A program made the translations under genes and the position numbers. A DNA stretch of 64,000 nucleotides from Oopsacas minuta (lineage: Eukaryota; Animalia; Porifera). Numbering within the stretch: the first letter of the stretch is position 1; every line of letters starts with the position of its first letter. The notes beneath the pieces are model-generated. The model worked only from the letters and a program-made list of their open reading frames with translations, did no database searches and was not told the origin of the DNA. This document shows positions 59,601 to 64,000 of the stretch, one piece after another. The stretch lies in contig JAKMXF010000066.1 of assembly GCA_024704765.1 (NCBI GenBank), positions 442,499-506,498 of the forward strand, given 5' to 3'.

Positions 59601-60573
59601 GCAAATGAAAGGGATAGAACTACAAGAAAATGGAGAGTTTAAAGAAGAAGAAATAATCAATAAAATATTAAAATCAGCTGATATAATCGCTACAACATGT
59701 TCAAGAACAGGAGATAATATTCTGAAGAATATAACATTCCCTTATATACTAATCGACGATGCTACTCAAGTGATAGAACCTATATCATTAATTCCTATAG
59801 TCAAATCTTGTGAGAGGCTTATTCTCATAGGAGACCCACAACAACTAGTACCCAAGTTACCATATGAACCAGAGGGTGTGATTCCTCTAAATGCACTTCG
59901 TGTTACTCTATTCCACAGGTTACATGCTCAAATGGAGCCTCTTTCGCTAGTTGAACAGTATCGTATGCATCCTGCTATAGCTGAATTTCCTTCTAGATTA
60001 TTCTATTCTGGGAGATTGAGAACAGCAGTCAGCTGTTTGAATAGAACACCGCCTAATGTTAGGTTCCTCACTAAAGACAGACCTGTTACATTCTGTAATG
60101 TAGAATCAAGAGAAGAGGAAGCTGGAAGTTCTTGGAAGAATACAGGAGAAGCTAATAAAGTTGTAGAGATTATTAAAGAACTGATAGCTACTACAGAATA
60201 CAAAGTATCTGATATTGGAGTAATTACACTGTATGTCGGACAAGTTAAATGCATTAAAGATACGCTAGGTAGGATACAAGTAGATGTAGATACTATAGAC
60301 AGCTATAGAGGCAGGGAGAAGGAAGTAATTGTATTCAGCACTGTTCGGAACACAAAACACGGAGATATTAGTCTTATAGAAGATTTAAATACAATAAATG
60401 TGTTGTTAACAAGAGGAAGGCGAGCAATAATCGGAGTTGGTAACCCTATGACTCTGTCTAGATCTCATATCTGGAATGAATGGTACTATTTCTATTTTGA
60501 AGGAGACAATGAAGACGATAAACCGCCGCATGATGACGTCACTGAGGCTTCAGATTGGGCATGGGATGCTTGA
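53644..60573 (+). CDS. Giant intronless ORF (2309 aa): P-loop NTPase/kinase-like module + eukaryotic RDR-type RNA-dependent RNA polymerase-like domain (degenerate catalytic loop) + tandem 44-aa repeats + UPF1-like superfamily-1 RNA helicase
   Basis: One uninterrupted reading frame of 6.93 kb. It fuses four modules (see the individual domain features below for the motifs): an N-terminal P-loop NTPase module, an RDR-type RdRP-like core whose DxDGD loop reads SLGED, tandem repeats, and a C-terminal UPF1-like SF1 helicase. Confidence 0.85.
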   Translation: MLFEMSRIFLCGSRSVGKTTLCKDWCEWNKEYVHINGNDVTSEVMDANNISRDDIINSLNTEAKELYYNLQKYLFIEQNKREELLSDRLFISDSGPDPLIYTHKESKDMSYKLYKHEDVTNCFNLYRKSLIVVVAPLEDDREHNSYTKVLRHVLQECGVPYMYLRERVRSKRLEILKIAAINGCVLMPLDQLKEQQCLAYYMDIGTVKNRIFCSPMSLQDNTAYIRKFIIYPYEIQLSIQSMDSTNRMLERYGIGNFVLLEFHWKVSDNDIKDILGIGLYVDGDEYQFIGCSSEELRSRTCYLMKGDTNYIDAVLSECGDFSGVNTVAERLNRIGYLFSKGINTGVAISNDEFEVIEDVSNAGRIFTDGCGLIGLNLAKKLAIGSNVGINSPDDNIPGVFQIRFQGYQCVVMKAPKENQDSFQLRNSMLKYNTGTKPFPHIWICNHSRPNSYGNLNKQFIMLLSGRGISDKVFLTKQDSYFTALENMLIDPKFAIKLLNWKNYTELAETVAACPSTEDMQQNKEIQNKLKYLKNTLVERIDELEIPVINSRYMFGVCDPNQLLEYGECFVRYTLNDELKTLQAGTSVIVGKNPCYHLEDIRVLITVDYPELNHLVDCIVFPVKGERPHTSEIAGSSLGEDRYFVCWDDNLIPKDVPKPYKYLEIEPDRAQNISRENIIEFFAGCMNNMDMINSYYQYWADKLGAGCRACRDLAQLLSRGVASTTTVDKLPCDPKPHRNKNLTSHGEMVWHKMKIIARSKRKTFTLDTIEDALVNTCYVSSIPEDFMIRILKDKDRSIPEYKILITLYKWCRRLKLTDIEIIDKFIELSSFINFGILTLNERIEAINHGIPTTHVMNALYKSRILTTKMLQSLKLPCYGWEYCFREKSSDFAWSDLSTAITSFTESFIILQLEEYILAFHIIGTIRLGDSVLPPGSLTSYLFSGGQMFRYVTECHYNINLATEVIQFYIEHKENTFLFMKRFGRSSKNDFEGVKYDIISIELDKFKTESSGNSKHPLIRKKNFQMIEVFVKNKFQQEISCSLDANSHPTENELEDLLSEDKDCFIELQTLPDSPLLAMKEFACKGDGIGFSGVLQHINVSSINSVILIEQFLILLSNVIAKIAHKCSSELHTQALEVYCNPGDQTIEQECSELPTPSSIFEIASTVDNQVIHTIGDSYHDTNPFVHEVEQYTHDKKYSSRNSVRLTVPLIEENGSDLDAQPMEAKKLSTESLIQETGPEEQVSSLDKFSESLLEPVAETQTIRNGTQSSGLVVKEVRSEILIEISDTEKALATPFAKGDQSETQTTCNDIQSSNTVIQENKPALLIELSDTEITPDNTFVQSDQPKIQSICSGGQPSEPVLKNPPKILIELSDTKITAEDLYIQAAQSETRAICNDIHIQSSEHVLQENIPDLLIELSETEITPDNTLVQSDQPEIQSICCEEQPSEPVLENKQEIHMKFSDTKITADNSYIQADQSETKPICSDIHIQSSEHVIQENTPLLLIDTSVSEITQDNPIINADELEIQETIQSMAVIDDQLVKATELRDTFKSLEEILNSPHIEITQARDILLLYSSLSKLHLYDVIKQHLCKSIDTIEIPTIAQYLDCISNWELWTFLPLSVSSQLSNQLFKLSLNLDTIHTPDPEHFDEKAPSIQDLCMKSGVPSFDQNILNYYRCYFSHLILNSLLNESIVEEMIENSDTTLCMWRMVYCQEEERLDDDATANPCEIKKKCKACFSPTSKIMTDKFTLGSYVKISFVARSTSSNSSMPIALGYISTVSNILGRITVEILDPVPDCLKRAGRLEVGIWTLTLLDNITTFKNCTKALHSLHESKIISILIHPKGFPPLLEIAQEHNLDYTSKQSLPPEEIENVSHPYDVFPNCQGCNNRISFNERQENAIISALGDSLTLIQGLPGTGKTVVAAEIVHQLRHLIRLKDRCDTAKMLVTGVTNITVDNLTYKLLDLGMLVLRIGETTKDLREYSLEYQLQMKGIELQENGEFKEEEIINKILKSADIIATTCSRTGDNILKNITFPYILIDDATQVIEPISLIPIVKSCERLILIGDPQQLVPKLPYEPEGVIPLNALRVTLFHRLHAQMEPLSLVEQYRMHPAIAEFPSRLFYSGRLRTAVSCLNRTPPNVRFLTKDRPVTFCNVESREEEAGSSWKNTGEANKVVEIIKELIATTEYKVSDIGVITLYVGQVKCIKDTLGRIQVDVDTIDSYRGREKEVIVFSTVRNTKHGDISLIEDLNTINVLLTRGRRAIIGVGNPMTLSRSHIWNEWYYFYFEGDNEDDKPPHDDVTEASDWAWDA
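53656..54250 (+). other. N-terminal P-loop NTPase/kinase-like module of the giant ORF
   Basis: Walker A CGSRSVGKTTL at the N-terminus, Walker B-like hhhhD (LFISDSG), about 200 aa. The family is not assignable from sequence alone; nucleotide/polynucleotide kinase-like or AAA_28/AAA_33-like are possibilities. Confidence 0.5.
54400..55850 (+). other. RDR-family RNA-dependent RNA polymerase-like domain; catalytic loop DxDGD replaced by SLGED (55549-55563)
   Basis: VGKNPCYHLEDIRVLITVDYPELNHLVDCIVFPVKGERPHTSEIAGSSLGEDRYFVCWDDNLIP aligns position-for-position with the canonical cellular RdRP block '...NPC.HPGD.R.L.AV..P.L.H..DC.VFPQKG.RPH..E.SGSDLDGD.YFV.WD..L.P'. Confidence 0.8.
57475..58245 (+). 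repeat. In-frame tandem repeats (about 6 units of about 44 aa / about 132 nt, arranged as about 2.5 super-repeats of about 88 aa) inside the giant ORF
   Basis: Units read ILIEISDTEKALATPFAKGDQSETQTTCNDIQSSNTVIQENKPA / LLIELSDTEITPDNTFVQSDQPKIQSICSGGQPSEPVLKNPPKI / LIELSDTKITAEDLYIQAAQSETRAICNDIHIQSSEHVLQENIPD / LLIELSETEITPDNTLVQSDQPEIQSICCEEQPSEPVLENKQEI / HMKFSDTKITADNSYIQADQSETKPICSDIHIQSSEHVIQENTPL / LLIDTSVSEITQDNPI... Confidence 0.85.
58840..60450 (+). other. UPF1-like SF1 helicase domain (AAA_11/AAA_12-type) of the giant ORF, with a preceding beta-barrel-like N-terminal region
   Basis: Motif I LIQGLPGTGKTVV (about 59370-59410). Motif II ILIDDATQ (about 59745). Motif III LILIGDPQQL (about 59820). 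Motif IV-like QYRMHPAIAEFPSRLFYSG (about 59950). Motif V TIDSYRGREKEVIVFSTVR (about 60290). Motif VI VLLTRGRRAIIGVGN (about 60400). Confidence 0.8.
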
Positions 60574-60804
60574 AAGGTTAATTTATTGATACCATGTATA
60601 AATATTTTAATATTTATTAGGTTTGAAAAGTACTTTTTAAATGACAAATAGCTACAGAATTCCATAATAATAATATTCAATTAGTAATTGAATAAATCTT
60701 ATTTATATTTTCTTATAAATAGTCACAGATATTATATGCTAAATAATTATACAAATATTTACAAATTGGGGGAGTTTGTAATCCAAATTAGACAATTATG
60801 AGAG

Positions 60805-61929
60805 CTACATTTGTTCTTCCTTCGCCATTCCCTTCATGAATGGCTCTCTGTTTTTATTTTGAAATTTCCTGACCATTTCATTGACAATTCCATCCTGACT
60901 TTCTGTGAAGTCTGATCTCGTTCTCATCTTTGGATTTTTAATCACGGTTTGTTGTCGCATGTAACAAGGAATATGTTGTAAAGAAGAGGCAATATCTTTG
61001 CTTTCATTTTCCATCAATAGGATATCCCTTTCTCTTGGATCACAGAATTTTATCGAGGACATATTGACATAATTATGATTCATTGCGCTGTTACCCATGA
61101 TAGGAGAATGTGGTGCACTCCTACTAAGCCGTATATTATCTGCTGCTGTATATGAGCTAGGCATATTCAGCCTGCAATATTCATTGGAGTCAAAAGCAAT
61201 TCTATAATCAATATCATTATCCGTTGCCTGATGTTCGTTATCATAAGTATATGCTCTATCCAGTTTATTTAATCTCCTAGAAGTGAATTGTCCAGTAGAT
61301 GGGCTACTTGTATTGATCTTGGTATTATATTGGTGTATACGTTCATAATCTTGTGATTGTGAATAGAAATTCGTGCTTCGTGACTTTTTAAGTTTGCCAG
61401 GTTCGAAATCAAAAGCTTGTTCACATAATGGAGTTACATCTGTGTCGATATAGTTCATAGAACTAGCTACACTCGGATTTGCATTTGTCAAGAGGTCTAA
61501 GTAGAAAGGCATAGTTCTCTCTGTTTGGTTACTAGTAACACAAATCTCCTCTGAATTCTGGATACACCACGTCATGTTTGCAATTTTACTGTGTTTATTG
61601 ATCTCGAATAATTTTACTGTTCTATCCCAGTGTATTTCAATGATAGGTTTTCTTGCTTGATTATACTGAATCTCAGATTCTATATTAGCCATTAATCTTT
61701 TCTTCGAGGAATACAAAGAGCTGTACTCTGATATTTCCTGATCCACATCGTGTTTGACCTTCTGTAATTTCGCGATATCTCTTTTCCACTCCCTCTCTAA
61801 TTTATCTATTTCATCGTATAATTGGTTTTGTATATTATTTAGAAGTCTACTAAACTCGATAAACTTATTCTTTACTACATCTCTAGCATTGTCAAAAGGA
61901 CAATACTCTGAATCTGTTCTATACTGCAT
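60805..61929 (-). CDS. Hypothetical protein (374 aa, intronless): N-terminal coiled-coil (about 100 aa), otherwise low-complexity Ser/Asn/Tyr-rich; no recognisable domain
   Basis: Long ORF convergent with the giant ORF (stops 232 bp apart). N-terminus LLNNIQNQLYDEIDKLEREWKRDIAKLQKVKHDVDQEISEY has a heptad-like pattern. Could be lineage-specific. Confidence 0.4.
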   Translation of the reverse strand: MQYRTDSEYCPFDNARDVVKNKFIEFSRLLNNIQNQLYDEIDKLEREWKRDIAKLQKVKHDVDQEISEYSSLYSSKKRLMANIESEIQYNQARKPIIEIHWDRTVKLFEINKHSKIANMTWCIQNSEEICVTSNQTERTMPFYLDLLTNANPSVASSMNYIDTDVTPLCEQAFDFEPGKLKKSRSTNFYSQSQDYERIHQYNTKINTSSPSTGQFTSRRLNKLDRAYTYDNEHQATDNDIDYRIAFDSNEYCRLNMPSSYTAADNIRLSRSAPHSPIMGNSAMNHNYVNMSSIKFCDPRERDILLMENESKDIASSLQHIPCYMRQQTVIKNPKMRTRSDFTESQDGIVNEMVRKFQNKNREPFMKGMAKEEQM

Positions 61930-63081
61930 TGAATCTGTTGATATTTCATTTTATACTTTATAAACGAGCATATATATATATCACCAAATACACGAGCACG
62001 ATGTCTCCAATTACATATCTTATCTTGATATATCAGGAATTGCTCTACAAATAGGACTTTAGGAGAAATATTACTAAATATTTGTAAGTACAAAAAATAT
62101 CTAATTTTGAAATCTGCTAGCACTACGTATGATATTTCAACACAATCATTTTTACTATATACTTTGTTATATTCATTTATTAGAGGACATATCTTGTCCG
62201 TGATCAGTATTAGTTATATACTCTTGGATCTACCGTGTTAACACAACTGTAGATTCTGCATCAGTTTAATCAACTGTTCTTTACGACACATAACTTCACC
62301 CTCTCTTCTTAACTACATCTAATCTCTACTATATTTATTTTGTGGTAAGTTTAACGATACAATCCAGAGGTTTCATACTTCAGTAGGTTAATTATTGCAA
62401 TATTATCCTTGAAGAGGTTACTTTATGCTTTCTGCATTAATAATCATTATCTTTGCATTTCTATTTCAAATATTGATATATGTGTATAGTAGTTCTAAAT
62501 ATATACCAGTTCTAAATATATACCAGTTCTATTTTGGTATATATTGGTGTATTCAATGTACTTAAGTTACAAGTAGTGGAACCATTAGTCCTGCGTGAAT
62601 CTTTACATAACTATTTACTAGTAGGCTAATTAATCAACTCAGAGTAGTGACTAACTATCCATTTTACCAGCAATTTGCAACCGTTTCATCCGTGGACCAA
62701 CAAGGGGTCATTTGCCCCCAGGTTTGGGATCGCTACATAATGCAATAATTCATGAGATTATTCGTTGTTCCACTTTCGTTTATCCAAATTTCTGAGTCTG
62801 TAAATAGTTCTGTGATGTATCATCCTGTTATGCAACGAATTCTCTAATATTATATGTACAACTGTCTCTACAAAAATATTTATAGACCTAATATTTACAC
62901 AAGTTGCTTATAATCATAAAAATTATTTTCCTACAGATATATTCGCTCAGTATGGCATTTTAAACCAATCAATGTTCCTTTTCAATTCAATGCCCAATTA
63001 TATTCAAATCGTGTTTATAACAAATTACTCAACTGATCACATCTCACACACAAGAGAAAAACTTTTACGCAAATACGCGAA

Positions 63082-64000
63082 ATGTCGCAAGCGGCTAAAA
63101 ATAAGGTGACCATTGGCTTTGATGGCAGTGAAGAGCTGCTGGCTAAGTGTCACATGACCGGACAGAAGGGACGACGTGTTAAACTCGACGCTACACACCT
63201 ACTTAACTTCACCACAGACACTCATAAATATCATGGACAGCATGGAGCTCCATCGAGTGCTCAAAACAGAGCTAGACGGAGTGCTGCTTATACGAGGGGC
63301 TATACTAAGGAGCATTATCTTCTCAGTAATGCCCGATTTGTTGTGCAGCAAGGACTAGACTGTGAAGGTATGTTGCAGTACGCTAGCCTGTGTTTGTAAA
63401 CTAAATAATTGATGGTGCTTTATTCAAAATATCGCTTGTTATAATTGTCCCAACACTAGAGATTACAGTCAACTCCCTTTATATCGAAGCCCAAAGGACC
63501 GTGATAATTACTTCTATATAAGCGGAGTTCGATATAACCGATGAGAATTATGTTACTTCGATATAACTGGAGTTGACTGTATTGTTGTTTGTTCTTATAT
63601 ATAGGATATCTGTTTAATCCAGACCAGATGTTCCCCTGGGAGGTTATTCTACAGATCTACTTGATAACAACCTCTCTTTCCTCCTGTCCCATCTGCTTAT
63701 CTCGTCCTGAAGCAGCTCGTGTTACCAAATGCGGACACACCTACTGTCTCCCTTGTATCATGCATTTCTTCTCATCAGCTGAGGGGAAATGGGAGCCTTG
63801 TCCAGTCTGTGGTGAAATTATAAAACTGTCAGACTCTAAGCCAGTAGTTATCCTCCAAAAGAGAGAATTCAAAAGAGGAGATATGGTTAACTTCGTGCAA
63901 GTATGTCGACCTGTTGATCTTAACTATCCGCTACCTTGCTATCTAGACAGAGGAACGAGTAGAGAACTGTTGACCTGTTCAGATAAAGGAGTACAATTTG
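63082..64000 (+). CDS. RNF10: RING finger protein 10-like E3 ligase (partial: exon 1 63082-63365, exon 2 from about 63604, continues past window end)
   Basis: Exon 1 has ...ATHLLNFTTD (RNF10 'NHLLNF' N-terminal motif). Exon 2 has CPICLSRPEAARVTKCGHTYCLPCIMHFFSSAEGKWEPCPVCGEIIKLSDSKPVV, which matches the RNF10 RING (CPICL.PP.AA.IT.CGH.FC..CI.H....E..W..CP.C) closely. Confidence 0.7.
63464..63581. mobile_element. MITE family A, compact complete copy in RNF10 intron 1
   Basis: TACAGTCAACTCCCTTTATATCGAAGCCCAAAGGACCGTGATAATTACTTCTATATAAGCGGAGTTCGATATAACCGATGAGAATTATGTTACTTCGATATAACTGGAGTTGACTGTA. Confidence 0.8.

Overview
This is an AT-rich, intron-containing eukaryotic (invertebrate metazoan-like) genomic window, not a prokaryotic one. 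Introns are short (about 50-300 bp, GT...AG) and the window is gene-dense.

Genes I can recognise from conserved protein motifs read directly in the translation:
- a zf-3CxxC/ZAR1-like zinc-finger gene, a 7TM receptor, DNPH1 and a mitochondrial-type Sel1-repeat protein (the last two divergently arranged);
- the complete trifunctional CAD gene (GATase-CPSase-DHOase-ATCase) in about 33 exons, with a 1.5 kb ORF sitting in one of its introns;
- a two-SAM-domain proline-rich protein;
- TRMT1 on the minus strand with an intronless ASF1 histone-chaperone gene nested antisense in one intron;
- a novel PKC (C2-like, pseudosubstrate, 2x C1, kinase) whose last intron hosts an intronless NHL-repeat gene on the opposite strand;
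- a RING/B-box/coiled-coil/NHL (TRIM-NHL) gene, proteasome beta-6 (PSMB1), a Ser-rich low-complexity protein, an EST1/SMG5-7-family protein, a type-I membrane glycoprotein and a partial RNF10.

The stand-out feature is a 6.9 kb uninterrupted ORF (2309 aa, 53644..60573). It fuses an N-terminal P-loop NTPase/kinase-like module, a cellular-type (RDR family) RNA-dependent RNA polymerase domain whose catalytic DxDGD loop reads SLGED (two of three Asp lost), about six tandem ~44-aa repeats, and a C-terminal UPF1-like SF1 helicase.

The window also carries about 20 copies of a ~150-170 bp MITE-like element with terminal inverted repeats (TACAGTCAACTCCCGTTATATCGAAG...), mostly in introns. There are at least two further short interspersed repeat families.
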